Numbered from the stretch's first letter, positions 6,091 through 15,622 are shown. The stretch: DNA of 38,952 nucleotides from Candidatus Staskawiczbacteria bacterium (GCA_943354455.1 CALRCB010000001.1:1-38952); one strand, 5' to 3'. Translations and numbers: made by a program. The notes: generated from the sequence alone by a model not told the origin.

Positions 6091-7074
6091 CGGTTTGAAG
6101 ATTTAATTCATATTGAAAATCTGCTTTTGGCATGGGAAGAATTTTTGAAAGGTAAAAAACAGAAAAAAGATGTCCAGCAATTCCAGTTCAATCTTATGGA
6201 TAATATCCTATCACTGAACCGCGACCTTAGCAATGGAACGTACCGCCATGGCAAATACTACGAATTTAATATTTCTGACCCAAAACCCCGCATCATCCAC
6301 AAAGCCACCGTGCGCGACAGGTTATTGCACCACGCAGTGTATCGGGTTTTGTACCCATTTTTTGATGACACTTTCATTGCTGATTCTTTTTCCTGCCGAA
6401 TCGATAAAGGTACCCACAAAGCCATGGCCCGGTTTAAAACATTCGCCAATATTGTTTCAAGGAATAACACCAAAACCTGCTGGATATTAAAGTGCGATAT
6501 TAAAAAATTCTTTGCCAGCATAGATCAGAATATTTTGCTAAATATCTTGGATGAAAGGATTAAAGATAAAAGAATCGTTGCCGTATTACAGAATATTATT
6601 GAAAGTTTTAATTCGGGCAGGCCGAGAACCGGCCTGCCGTTGGGAAACTTAACCAGCCAGTTATTCTCCAATGTGTACATGAATGAATTTGACCAGTTTG
6701 TAAAACATAAGCTAAAACTGAAATACTACATCAGGTATGCTGATGACTTTGTAATATTTTCCGATGATAAAACATATTTGGAGCAGGTAATTATGCTGAT
6801 GGCAGAATTTTTGCACGATACCCTAAAACTTACTTTGCACCCCGATAAAATTTACATCAAAACTCTGGCCCAAGGAGTGGACTTTTTGGGCTGGGTGCAC
6901 TTTTTTGACCACCGGGTGTTGCGGACGGTGACTAAAGACAGGATGTTTAAAAAGTTAGAAAAAACTAGAAAGCCACAAGTGCTGGCTTCGTATTTGGGAT
7001 TGTTGGGGTATGGGGATACCGGGAATATTAAAGAAAAAGTTTTCCACTTGACTGGGTTTTTTAAAAAATTATAA
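6070..7074 (+). CDS. DGR-type reverse transcriptase
   Basis: LPLGNLTSQLFSNVYMNEFD carries the DGR-specific (I/L)GxxxSQ motif, and YIRYADDFVIFSDD carries the YxDD box. At 334 aa it lacks maturase and endonuclease domains. Confidence 0.93.
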   Translation: MKIICNHRFEDLIHIENLLLAWEEFLKGKKQKKDVQQFQFNLMDNILSLNRDLSNGTYRHGKYYEFNISDPKPRIIHKATVRDRLLHHAVYRVLYPFFDDTFIADSFSCRIDKGTHKAMARFKTFANIVSRNNTKTCWILKCDIKKFFASIDQNILLNILDERIKDKRIVAVLQNIIESFNSGRPRTGLPLGNLTSQLFSNVYMNEFDQFVKHKLKLKYYIRYADDFVIFSDDKTYLEQVIMLMAEFLHDTLKLTLHPDKIYIKTLAQGVDFLGWVHFFDHRVLRTVTKDRMFKKLEKTRKPQVLASYLGLLGYGDTGNIKEKVFHLTGFFKKL

Positions 7075-7082
7075 TTAAGATA

Positions 7083-7207
7083 GCTCTGAAGTCCTGTAAA
7101 TATTCTATATTACATTTATATCGGGAGTCCAATATCCGCTATGGCCTTGGTCATGGCATGAGGACACCCACTTAAAATTTCATAGAAATTTTAAAGGAAG
7201 TCAGAGC
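7083..7207 (+). other. Structured intergenic segment 3' of the RT (candidate ncRNA or RNA element, function unknown)
   Basis: A closing stem gctctga (7083-7089) / tcagagc (7201-7207) is extended by tcc/gga. An inner stem pairs gggagtcc (7123-7130) with ggacaccc (7162-7169). A 9-bp hairpin spans 7172-7194. Confidence 0.25.
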
Positions 7208-7210
7208 AAC

Positions 7211-7244
7211 AAAAATCCGCCCTACGTAGGCGGTTTTTTGTTTT
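7211..7244. terminator. Bidirectional terminator between the RT (+) and rpmB (-)
   Basis: The sequence aaaaa-tccgcc(c)tacgtaggcgg-tttttt has A5 on one side and T6 on the other. Confidence 0.7.
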
Positions 7245-7257
7245 AAGTAATATATAA

Positions 7258-7449
7258 TTATTTAGCCATTGCCTTCATGCACTTAGTGCAGGCAAGGACT
7301 CGTGCTTTAGTGCCGGTAAGCAAACGAACCCATTGTAAGTTTGGGTATTTCCTCACTTTTTGAGTAGGGTTGTATTTTCCTCGCAATTTTACTAATTGCC
7401 AAGACATCCCGGATTTTTTCTTGCAGATTGTACAGATTTTTGATGCCAT
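7258..7449 (-). CDS. rpmB: 50S ribosomal protein L28
   Basis: The 63-aa product is MASKICTICKKKSGMSWQLVKLRGKYNPTQKVRKYPNLQW...VLACTKCMK, an L28 pattern with a Cys pair. Confidence 0.85.
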   Translation of the reverse strand: MASKICTICKKKSGMSWQLVKLRGKYNPTQKVRKYPNLQWVRLLTGTKARVLACTKCMKAMAK

Positions 7450-7516
7450 AATATTTTTATATAAATGTACTATATCTTATCTTTTATTTTTTTGCAATAC
7501 CTGTTATACAGTAAGT

Positions 7517-8140
7517 ATGGAAGTTATTATTACCATTTTTTCATTGGTCGTTTTATTATTTTCGGTTATCATTCATGAACTGGCCCATGGTTATGTGGCC
7601 AATTCTTTGGGTGACCCAACCGCAAAATACGCTGGGCGCTTAACTTTAAACCCAATCCCGCATTTGGATATGTTCGGTTCTATTATATTACCGCTCTTAC
7701 TATTTATATCAGGAAGTCCAATGTTGGTTGGCTGGGCCAAACCGGTTCCTATTAACCCGTATAATTTTAAAGACCAAAAATGGGGGACACTAAAAGTTTC
7801 TTTGGCGGGGCCCTTAACCAACATTGCCCTGGCCTTAGTGTTTGGATTATTATTGCGGTTTATACCCGAGGCATTTTTTGCAACTATGCCAGGACTGTTT
7901 ATTATATTTTCTTTTGTGGTTCATATTAATATCATTTTAGCTATTTTTAATTTGGTGCCAATTCCTCCGCTGGACGGTTCATGGGTACTGTTTAAATTTA
8001 TTCCACCGCAATTTGAATATATAAAAACATTCTTGCATCAGTACGGAGTTTTTCTGTTGATTTTCTTTATCTTTTTTGGGGGGCTGCAATTTTTGGGAGC
8101 CATTACTGAATTTATTTTTCACATAATCACCGGTATTTAA
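7517..8140 (+). CDS. Site-2 protease family (M50) membrane metalloprotease
   Basis: HELAHGYVA (HExxH) and FNLVPIPPLDGS (NxxPxxxLDG) are present in a polytopic membrane profile. I moved the start to the ATG at 7517 to avoid overlapping rpmB. Confidence 0.85.
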   Translation: MEVIITIFSLVVLLFSVIIHELAHGYVANSLGDPTAKYAGRLTLNPIPHLDMFGSIILPLLLFISGSPMLVGWAKPVPINPYNFKDQKWGTLKVSLAGPLTNIALALVFGLLLRFIPEAFFATMPGLFIIFSFVVHINIILAIFNLVPIPPLDGSWVLFKFIPPQFEYIKTFLHQYGVFLLIFFIFFGGLQFLGAITEFIFHIITGI

Positions 8141-8169
8141 TTGACAGCAAAAAATAAATTTGCTACACT
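8141..8169 (+). promoter_or_regulatory. Promoter of the str operon
   Basis: TTGACA (8141-8146), a 17-nt spacer and TACACT (8164-8169) are present, with TG at 8161-8162 giving an extended -10. Confidence 0.6.
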
Positions 8170-8204
8170 GTTATTACATTAAGCGCAATCGCGCTTTTAA
8201 TTTT

Positions 8205-8615
8205 ATGCCAACAATTCATCAATTAATTAAAAAACCAAGAAAAGCCATTAAAGCCAAAAAGAAGGGTGTGGCTTTGCATTACGGGTTTAACGCTTTGCAA
8301 AACAAACCTTCTGTATACCCATCACCATTTAAGCGGGGAGTATGTATAAAAGTGTTTACTCAAACTCCAAGAAAACCAAACTCAGCTTTAAGAAAAGTAG
8401 CCAGGGTTAAATTGTCTAATGGAATGGAAGTAACTGCATATATTCCCGGAGAAGGGCACAATTTGCAAGAACACAGCGTGGTATTAATCAGAGGAGGAAG
8501 AGTAAAGGATTTGGGAGGAGTACGATACCACATTGTAAGAGGAGTGTTAGATACTGCCGGAGTTGAAAATAGAAAGCAGGGAAGGTCAAGGTATGGAACT
8601 AAATTAAAGAAATAA
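8205..8615 (+). CDS. rpsL: 30S ribosomal protein S12
   Basis: [13 protein letters not shown] ... [16 protein letters not shown] ... GGRVKDLPGVRYH-like motifs are present. The start is set at the ATG at 8205. Confidence 0.95.
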   Translation: MPTIHQLIKKPRKAIKAKKKGVALHYGFNALQNKPSVYPSPFKRGVCIKVFTQTPRKPNSALRKVARVKLSNGMEVTAYIPGEGHNLQEHSVVLIRGGRVKDLGGVRYHIVRGVLDTAGVENRKQGRSRYGTKLKK

Positions 8616-8635
8616 ACAGTATATAATAGAAACCT

Positions 8636-9100
8636 ATGCGAAGAGCTTATAAAAAACATATTATTGCCCCGGATTCAGTTTACAACGACTTAGTTGTTGC
8701 TCAATTCATTAACAAAGTAATGAAGTCTGGTAAGAAAACCGTTGCCCAACGCATCGTGTACGATTCTTTTAATATTATAAAAGAAAAAACTCAAAAAGAA
8801 CCGTTGGAAGTATTTAACTTGGCGATTGAAAATGTTTCTCCATTATTGGAAGTAAAACCAAAAAGAGTTGGAGGAGCTACTTACCAGGTACCAATGGAAG
8901 TAAGAATGGAACGAAAATTGGATTTGGCGATTAAGTGGATTTTAGACGCCGCCAGAAGCAAAAAAGGAAAAGGTATGGCGATTAAATTGAGTGAAGAATT
9001 ATTGGCCGCTGCTAATAACGAAGGAAACGCCATGAAAAAGAAAGCCGACACTCACCGAATGGCCGAAGCAAACAAAGCTTTTGCCCACTTTGCAAGATAA
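8636..9100 (+). CDS. rpsG: 30S ribosomal protein S7
   Basis: The [17 protein letters not shown] and ANKAFAHF motifs are present, and the gene is in the expected position after rpsL. Confidence 0.95.
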   Translation: MRRAYKKHIIAPDSVYNDLVVAQFINKVMKSGKKTVAQRIVYDSFNIIKEKTQKEPLEVFNLAIENVSPLLEVKPKRVGGATYQVPMEVRMERKLDLAIKWILDAARSKKGKGMAIKLSEELLAAANNEGNAMKKKADTHRMAEANKAFAHFAR

Positions 9101-9133
9101 ATACCCTCGTTCTAATTTTAATTTTATATTTTT

Positions 9134-11209
9134 ATGTCACGAGAATACCCAATTGAGAAAATGAGAAACTTCGGAATTATTGCCCACATTGATGCGGGCA
9201 AAACAACTGTTTCAGAGCGGTTGCTTTTTTATACCGGAGTATCACACAAAATCGGAGAAGTTCACGAGGGAGACACCGTGATGGACTGGATGCCTCAAGA
9301 ACGAGAACGGGGAATCACCATTACCGCCGCCGCAATTACCATGCACTGGAAGGGGATTCAAATGAACTTAATTGATACCCCTGGTCACATTGACTTTACT
9401 GCTGAAGTACAGCGATCTTTGCGTGTATTGGACGGAGCCTGCGTGGTGTTTGACGGAGTGGCCGGAGTTGAACCACAATCTGAAACCGTTTGGAGACAGG
9501 CCGATAAATATGGTACGCCAAGAATGTGTTTTATTAATAAATTGGACAGAATGGGAGCTTCTTTTGAAAAGTCTTTCCAAAGCATTCACGATAAGTTAAC
9601 CAAAAGTGCGGTAGCGATTACTATTCCCATTGGAACTGAAGCTGATTTTGCCGGAGTGGTTGATTTATTAAAAATGAAAATGCTTTCTTACGAAGGCGAA
9701 ATGGGGGAGAATGTGGTTGAAAAAGAAATTCCCGTTGAAATGTTGGAAAAAGCCAAACAGTGGCGTGAAACCATGGTAGATATGATTGCCGGCTCTGATG
9801 AAAAATTAACCGACAAACTTTTGGGTGGAGAGGAAATTTCACGAGAAGAACTGATGAAGGCTTTGCGAGCCGCAACTTTGGCTTCTAAATTGGTGCCGGT
9901 ATTTTGCGGAACCGCTTTAAAGAATAAAGGAACTCAATTGATTTTAGACGGAGTGATTGATTATTTGCCTTCGCCATTGGATATTGGCTCTGTAAAAGGA
10001 ACTGATCCAAAAACTGGAGCCGAAATTGAACGGAAGTTTACCGATGACGAACCATTTGCCGCTTTAGTATTTAAAGTGGCCACCGACCCCTTCGTCGGGC
10101 AATTAACGTTCTTTAGGGTGTATTCCGGAACCTTAAACAAGGGTACTTACGTATTAAATTCCGTTACCGGAGAACAGGAAAGAATTGCCCGAATTTTGCG
10201 GATGAAATCAAATTCACGGGAAGAACTTGATGTTTTGTATGCCGGAGAAATTGGTGCCACGGTTGGATTAAAAGATACTTCAACCGGACACACATTGTGC
10301 GACAAAGATAAACCGGTGATTTTAGAAAAAATTTCTTTCCCAGAACCGGTGATTGCTATGCGAGTTGAACCAAAAACCAAGGCTGACCAAGAAAAGCTTA
10401 TTATGTCTATTAGAAAGTTAACCCAAGAAGACCCGACTTTTAGAATTAAAGAAGATATTGAAACCGGTGAGACGATTATTTCCGGTATGGGAGAATTACA
10501 CTTAGACATTATTCAAGATAGATTAAAACGGGAATTTAACGTGGACGCCAACTTTGGTCGCCCACAAGTGGCTTATAAAGAAACTATTACCATGGAAGCC
10601 GAAGCCGAAGAAAAATATATTCGTCAGTCTGGAGGTAAAGGACAATATGGTCACGTTTGCATAAGGCTCAAGCCAATGGAGCGAGGTGCAGGATTTTCAT
10701 TTATTGATGCAATTAAAGGAGGATCTATTCCAAAAGAATTTATTAAGCCAACTGAAAAGGGTATTATTGAAGCGTTAGACAAGGGAATTGTCGCTGGCTA
10801 CCCAATGGTAGACGTTGAAGTTACTCTTTACGATGGATCATTCCACGATGTTGACTCTTCGGAATTTGCCTTTAAAATTGCCGGATCTATTGCTTTGCAA
10901 TCCGGTGCCAAATCAGCCAAGCCGGTTATTTTGGAACCAATTATGAAAACAGAAGTCATTACCCCCGAGGCATTTTTTGGAACGGTTATTTCTGACTTAA
11001 ATTCACGAAGAGGGAAAATTGCTGAGACTAAAGAAAGAATGGGAATGAAAGTAATGGATGCGATGGTTCCTTTGTCAGAAATGTTTGGATATGCCACCGC
11101 TTTAAGAAGTTTAACGGAAGGCCGGGCATCATTTACCATGGAATTTAACAGCTACGAACAGGTTCCCGGCAACGTAGCCCAACAGATTATTGAGGGAAGA
11201 GGAAAGTAA
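9134..11209 (+). CDS. fusA: Elongation factor G
   Basis: NFGIIAHIDAGKTT, DTPGHIDF and GELHLDI are present. Length is 691 aa. Confidence 0.97.
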   Translation: MSREYPIEKMRNFGIIAHIDAGKTTVSERLLFYTGVSHKIGEVHEGDTVMDWMPQERERGITITAAAITMHWKGIQMNLIDTPGHIDFTAEVQRSLRVLDGACVVFDGVAGVEPQSETVWRQADKYGTPRMCFINKLDRMGASFEKSFQSIHDKLTKSAVAITIPIGTEADFAGVVDLLKMKMLSYEGEMGENVVEKEIPVEMLEKAKQWRETMVDMIAGSDEKLTDKLLGGEEISREELMKALRAATLASKLVPVFCGTALKNKGTQLILDGVIDYLPSPLDIGSVKGTDPKTGAEIERKFTDDEPFAALVFKVATDPFVGQLTFFRVYSGTLNKGTYVLNSVTGEQERIARILRMKSNSREELDVLYAGEIGATVGLKDTSTGHTLCDKDKPVILEKISFPEPVIAMRVEPKTKADQEKLIMSIRKLTQEDPTFRIKEDIETGETIISGMGELHLDIIQDRLKREFNVDANFGRPQVAYKETITMEAEAEEKYIRQSGGKGQYGHVCIRLKPMERGAGFSFIDAIKGGSIPKEFIKPTEKGIIEALDKGIVAGYPMVDVEVTLYDGSFHDVDSSEFAFKIAGSIALQSGAKSAKPVILEPIMKTEVITPEAFFGTVISDLNSRRGKIAETKERMGMKVMDAMVPLSEMFGYATALRSLTEGRASFTMEFNSYEQVPGNVAQQIIEGRGK

Positions 11210-11239
11210 TTATTTTAGGTAATAATTAATTTTTAAAAC

Positions 11240-11710
11240 ATGTCACTTGATCCAGAAAACAATTATGAAGATTCTTCTCAGAGAGAGGAACGATTAATGC
11301 AAGAATTACATTCGGCTTTTGAGGAAGTAGTAGCATTTTTTGAAAGTGCCGAAAGTGGTATTGGAGAAATGAGGGGTTTATCAAAAAAATTTAGCGCCTT
11401 AGAAGAGCGAATAGAGGAATCAGATAAATTAGAGCATGATTTAAAAATAGAATTAGATAAGCTAAAAGCTAAAGAAGAAACTATTTCTGATTTGGATGAA
11501 AAAATTGATGCGTCAAGAGATGTTGCCGAGCAGCAAGCTAAGATCTGGGAACTTTGGTCAAAGCAAGATGATTTATATAAGGAGTTTTATAAAATTTGCG
11601 AAGATGAGGCTGGAATGAAGGGTGATGTTGAGGGGACTATGGCAATTATCCAAATGAAGATAGAAAAAATTGAAGCAATAAAAAAAGAATTAAGAGAGTT
11701 GGGAAATTAA
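11240..11710 (+). CDS. Hypothetical acidic coiled-coil protein
   Basis: The 156-aa product is Glu/Lys-rich and heptad-like, with no recognisable motif. It sits between fusA and tuf. Confidence 0.5.
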   Translation: MSLDPENNYEDSSQREERLMQELHSAFEEVVAFFESAESGIGEMRGLSKKFSALEERIEESDKLEHDLKIELDKLKAKEETISDLDEKIDASRDVAEQQAKIWELWSKQDDLYKEFYKICEDEAGMKGDVEGTMAIIQMKIEKIEAIKKELRELGN

Positions 11711-11767
11711 GTAAAAAAAGAGCGCTGAACCGAAGTTAAGCGCCTTGAACTTTAAAGAAAGATTTTT

Positions 11768-11953
11768 TTACTCTTTCTTTTCTCGTTCCATTAAAGTCAC
11801 ACATCCATAACTACCAATGTATATTGGCACTACTTTCCAGCCATCTTGTCCGGCTTGATTAAGAAGACTTTCCAATTCCTTGGCACGGTCATCAGAGTTC
11901 AAATCGCAGGAAAAATCCTGATACTTGATAACCTTATACTCCCACTTTCGCAT
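11768..11953 (-). CDS. DUF4177-like small protein
   Basis: MRKWEYKVIKY ... LNQAGQDGWKVVPI matches the DUF4177 pattern. A strong SD (aaggaga) lies 7 nt upstream on the minus strand. Confidence 0.6.
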   Translation of the reverse strand: MRKWEYKVIKYQDFSCDLNSDDRAKELESLLNQAGQDGWKVVPIYIGSYGCVTLMEREKKE

Positions 11954-12147
11954 AACGATTCTCCTTTCGGAAGAAAAAGAGGATTCGGCAGTATCAAACA
12001 GCTTATCGATAATATATAGTAATAGAAGGGATTTGTCAAATAGTACAGGATGAGATAGAATATTGTATTGACTTATTAAAAATAATATAATAGTATTACT
12101 GGTATAAACAAAATAAATAAAAATAATAACTAAAATTTCTCACACAT

Positions 12148-13347
12148 ATGGCAACAGAAAAATTTGAGAGGTCAAAACCTCACGTAAACATTGGTACCAT
12201 CGGACACGTTGACCATGGAAAAACTACCACCTCAGCCGCAATCATGCACGTTACAGGATTGCGTGGTTTAAAGCATTCAGCCGCCGGAGTTGATGATATC
12301 GACAAATCTCCTGAAGAAAAAGCCAGGGGGGTAACAATTTCTATTACTCACTTGGAAATGGAAACTCCAAAAAGGCACTATGCTTTGATTGATTGTCCAG
12401 GACACGCTGACTACATCAAAAACATGATTACGGGAGCTGCCCAAATGGACGGTGGAATTTTAGTAGTATCTGCTCCAGACGGACCTATGCCTCAAACCAA
12501 AGAACATATTCTGTTAGCTAAACAGGTTGGTTTGCCTAGTCTTTTGGTATGGATGAATAAGTGCGATATGGTGGACGACCCAGAAATTTTAGATTTGGTT
12601 GAATCGGAAATCCGGGAATTATTGAAAAAATATGGTTTCCCAGGAGACACTACTCCCATTATCAGAGGTTCAGCGGTAAAAGCTTTAGAATCAAAGTCTA
12701 TTGATGATGCAGGAGCCAAGTCAATTATTGAATTATTGGATGCATGCGACACCTATATCCCAGAACCCGTAAGAGAATTAGAAAAACCCTTTTCAATGGC
12801 TATTGAAGACGTGTTTTCTATTGAAGGACGGGGAACCGTTGCTACTGGAAGAATTGAACGAGGAGTTATTAAACAAAACGATGAAGTTGAAATTGTGGGG
12901 CTTAAACCAACACAAAAGTCTGTAGTCGTTTCTGTTGAAATGTTCCAAAAATCTTTGGAAGCAGGAGGACAAGCTGGAGACAATGTTGGAATTTTGCTCA
13001 GAGGCTTGAAAAAAGAAGATATTGAAAGAGGTCAAGTTTTGTGCAAACCAGGATCAATTACTCCTCATACAGAATTTGAAGCCGAGGTATATGTATTAGG
13101 CAAAGAAGAGGGCGGAAGACATACGCCATTCTTTACTGGATACAAGCCGCAATTATATATGAGAACTTCAGATATTACTGGTGATGTAACTTTGCCAGCA
13201 GGAACCGAAATGGTTATGCCTGGAGATACTGCCCAATTAATCGTTAAATTAATTGTGCCAGTAGCTTTAGAGGAAAAATCAAAGTTTGCTATCAGAGAAG
13301 GGGGTAAGACTGTAGGAGCAGGAGTGGTAACTAAAATAATTAAATAG
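12148..13347 (+). CDS. tuf: Elongation factor Tu
   Basis: [17 protein letters not shown] and NKCD are present. Length is 399 aa. Confidence 0.98.
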   Translation: MATEKFERSKPHVNIGTIGHVDHGKTTTSAAIMHVTGLRGLKHSAAGVDDIDKSPEEKARGVTISITHLEMETPKRHYALIDCPGHADYIKNMITGAAQMDGGILVVSAPDGPMPQTKEHILLAKQVGLPSLLVWMNKCDMVDDPEILDLVESEIRELLKKYGFPGDTTPIIRGSAVKALESKSIDDAGAKSIIELLDACDTYIPEPVRELEKPFSMAIEDVFSIEGRGTVATGRIERGVIKQNDEVEIVGLKPTQKSVVVSVEMFQKSLEAGGQAGDNVGILLRGLKKEDIERGQVLCKPGSITPHTEFEAEVYVLGKEEGGRHTPFFTGYKPQLYMRTSDITGDVTLPAGTEMVMPGDTAQLIVKLIVPVALEEKSKFAIREGGKTVGAGVVTKIIK

Positions 13348-13365
13348 AAATAATAGCTCTTTAAT

Positions 13366-13752
13366 ATGGCAGTAGCAAAAAAGACAACTCCAAAGAAAAA
13401 GACCGAGAAGCCTGAAGTGGATGCTCCAAAAGAAGCCGGTAGTGCTGTAGTGCCAAAACTCAGAATTAAGTTAAAGGCTTACGACCATAAAATTATTGAT
13501 AATTCTGTTCGACAGATTATTGATATTGCTAACCGGAATGGAGTTGAAGTAGTTGGTCCAGTGCCATTGCCTACTGAAATATTAAAGTACACCGTAAACC
13601 GATCAACCTTTGTTCACAAAAACGCCAGAGAGCAGTTTGAGATGAGAGTCCACAAAAGAATTATTGATGTGTTAAATCCAAACGAAGGGATTATTGAAGC
13701 ATTGAGAGAATTAAATTTGCCGTCAGGGGTTGACATATCAATTAAAATTTAG
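13366..13752 (+). CDS. rpsJ: 30S ribosomal protein S10 (about 28-aa Lys-rich N-terminal extension, or alternative GTG start at 13450)
   Basis: The [14 protein letters not shown] and VHKRIIDV motifs are present. Confidence 0.92.
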   Translation: MAVAKKTTPKKKTEKPEVDAPKEAGSAVVPKLRIKLKAYDHKIIDNSVRQIIDIANRNGVEVVGPVPLPTEILKYTVNRSTFVHKNAREQFEMRVHKRIIDVLNPNEGIIEALRELNLPSGVDISIKI

Positions 13753-13775
13753 TAAATTATAGCATTGTGATACTA

Positions 13776-13851
13776 CTCTTACTAAGTAAGAGATAAGTCC
13801 AAAATTAAGATCTTTTCTTAGATCTTGCTTTATCGGGCTTAATGCCCGATA
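13776..13851 (+). promoter_or_regulatory. Three tandem 7-8 bp hairpins in the rpsJ-rplC spacer
   Basis: The hairpins are ctcttac-taa-gtaagag (13776-13792), aagatct-tttctt-agatctt (13807-13826) and tatcgggc-ttaat-gcccgata (13831-13851). Confidence 0.5.
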
Positions 13852-13868
13852 TTTGATTGAAAAAAAGT

Positions 13869-14459
13869 ATGAAATTTATCATCGGAAAAAAAATTGGAAT
13901 GACTCAAATGTTTGATAGTACCGGAAAAATAACTCCGGTAACTTTGGTTGAGGCAGGTCCTTGTACTATATTGCAAAAAATGTCTAAAGATAAAGAAGGG
14001 TATGATGCTTTGCAATTAGGATACATAAAAATTGAAAAGAAAAGTAAGATTAAAAAGTCAATGAAGGGCAAAGAGTATCGCTATATTAAAGAAACCAGAA
14101 CCACTGATACTGCCACCGTTGGCGACCAAGTTACGGTTTCTATTTTTGCCGAGGGAGATAAAGTAACCGTTGTTGGTACGTCAAAAGGAAAAGGATTTCA
14201 GGGAGGAGTAAAACGGCACGGATTTCATGGAAGAAACGCCACCCACGGAGCCAAGCACGAAGCTAGAACCATAGGATCCATTGGACAGAGATTTCCCCAA
14301 CACGTTATTAAAGGAAGAAAAATGCCTGGCCGAATGGGCTTTGATAGGGTTACGGTAAAGAATTTGAAAGTTGCTAAAATTGACGTGGAAAATAATATGT
14401 TGGCTTTAATGGGTGCCATTCCGGGACACAAAGGCACATTGCTTCAAATTAAAGGATAA
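13869..14459 (+). CDS. rplC: 50S ribosomal protein L3
   Basis: MKFIIGKKIGMTQMF and the FQGGVKRHGF motif are present. I prefer the ATG at 13869 over the TTG at 13857. Confidence 0.95.
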   Translation: MKFIIGKKIGMTQMFDSTGKITPVTLVEAGPCTILQKMSKDKEGYDALQLGYIKIEKKSKIKKSMKGKEYRYIKETRTTDTATVGDQVTVSIFAEGDKVTVVGTSKGKGFQGGVKRHGFHGRNATHGAKHEARTIGSIGQRFPQHVIKGRKMPGRMGFDRVTVKNLKVAKIDVENNMLALMGAIPGHKGTLLQIKG

Positions 14460-14468
14460 TTTTTAAAA

Positions 14469-15101
14469 ATGAAAACAGCAGTTTATACAAAAGACGGAAA
14501 AGAGGCAGGTGAAATCACGTTGCCAAAAGAAATATTTGAAGTTCCGATGAACGCTGATTTGGTGCACCAAGTATTAATTTCACAAACCGGGAATAAACGA
14601 CAAGTTGGAGCTCATACTCAAAATCGAGGAGAGGTGCGCGGAGGAGGAAGAAAACCTTGGCGCCAAAAAGGTACCGGACGGGCCCGACACGGATCAACTC
14701 GATCTCCAATTTGGAAGGGCGGAGGAGTTTCAGGGGGTCCAAGAAATGACAAAAATTATACCAAAGAAATTCCTACTAAAATGAGAAGAAAAGCTTTGTT
14801 TATGGTATTGTCAGAAAAAGCAAAAAAGAATTTATTGGTGGTATTAGATAGTGCAAGCATTGAAAAGCCAAAGACAAAAGATATGGCTTCGACTATTAAA
14901 AATTTACCAATAAAGTTAGATAGCCGATTAGTAGTATATCAAACTGCCGACAAGAAAATGTTTTTAGCAACACGAAACATTAAAAAAACCGGAGTATCAG
15001 AGGCGCGGAATTTGAATGTTGTGGATTTGTTAAATTATAAATATTTGTTAATTAGCAGGGAAGGAATAAAAGAAATTGAAACTACGTTCGTAAAGAAATA
15101 A
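14469..15101 (+). CDS. rplD: 50S ribosomal protein L4
   Basis: [19 protein letters not shown] is present. Confidence 0.95.
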   Translation: MKTAVYTKDGKEAGEITLPKEIFEVPMNADLVHQVLISQTGNKRQVGAHTQNRGEVRGGGRKPWRQKGTGRARHGSTRSPIWKGGGVSGGPRNDKNYTKEIPTKMRRKALFMVLSEKAKKNLLVVLDSASIEKPKTKDMASTIKNLPIKLDSRLVVYQTADKKMFLATRNIKKTGVSEARNLNVVDLLNYKYLLISREGIKEIETTFVKK

Positions 15102-15102
15102 T

Positions 15103-15177
15103 TATATACAAGTATATATTTAATCACTCGGTCGGAATAATAAATTGTGATTTCTTGTTCCTCCCTCCCTCATAAAT
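15103..15177 (+). repeat. Conserved leader motif, copy A (variant palindrome plus 28-nt core) upstream of rplW
   Basis: The variant palindrome tatatacaagtatata is followed by cggtcggaataataaattgtgatttctt (15129-15156). That core is identical to 26401-26428. A CU-rich tract then leads to the ATG. Confidence 0.7.
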
Positions 15178-15612
15178 ATGGCATTATTAGATTTTTTAAA
15201 AAATAAAGAAGGAAAAGAGAAAGCTAAAAAAGCAGCTGAAAAGAAACCGGTGAAGGCTTCGGTTGCGCCAAAAGCTGAAAAAGTTGAAAAGAAAGGCGCC
15301 CCAGTAGTAGAAGTTAAAGCTTCACTACAGGGCAAGGGGTTCTCTTATAACATTGTAAAAGAACCGCACATTTCTGAAAAAGCCAGCGTTTTGGCAGAAA
15401 GTGATAAATATACCTTCAAGGTATATTCAAATACTAATAAACTGGAAATAAAAAAATCAGTCCAAGGAATTTACGGAGTAAATGTGTTAAGGGTAAATAT
15501 TATAAAGTCCCCAAAGAAAAAACGAAGATTAGGAAGAACCGAAGGTTATAAGAAAGCTTTTACTAAGGCAGTGGTTACCGTTAAAGCCGGCCAAAAAATA
15601 GAAATACTATAA
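15178..15612 (+). CDS. rplW: 50S ribosomal protein L23 with an N-terminal Lys/Ala-rich extension of about 55 aa
   Basis: YNIVKEPHISEKAS ... KKSVQGIYGVNV ... forms the L23 core. There is no alternative in-frame ATG. Confidence 0.9.
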   Translation: MALLDFLKNKEGKEKAKKAAEKKPVKASVAPKAEKVEKKGAPVVEVKASLQGKGFSYNIVKEPHISEKASVLAESDKYTFKVYSNTNKLEIKKSVQGIYGVNVLRVNIIKSPKKKRRLGRTEGYKKAFTKAVVTVKAGQKIEIL

Positions 15613-15622
15613 ATTAAGAATT

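Larger units (their letters stand above)
4400..7074 (+). mobile_element. Diversity-generating retroelement (DGR) cassette: target gene with VR, TR, avd (inverted), RT
   Basis: VR and TR are a 128-nt repeat pair with adenine-only mismatches. An Avd-like gene and a DGR-type RT are adjacent. See the component features. Confidence 0.93.

Noticed and set aside
7083-7207. The structured RT-downstream segment considered as SRP (4.5S) RNA or a tRNA
   Set aside because: GGAAG/CAGAGC-like strings are present, but the conserved SRP domain IV apical loop arrangement is absent. No cloverleaf or T-loop (GTTCRA) is seen.
7370-7516. An N-terminal 49-codon extension of the M50 protease ORF in the track
   Set aside because: It would overlap the convergent rpmB coding region and encodes no conserved sequence. 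The ATG at 7517 precedes the first TM helix and the HExxH motif.
8160-8204. Upstream extensions of rpsL (8160) and likewise rplF (20778-20831) and rplC (TTG 13857)
   Set aside because: The canonical N-termini (MPTIHQL.., MSRIGKK.., MKFIIGKKIGMTQ) begin at internal ATGs. The extensions overlap a promoter or the preceding gene.
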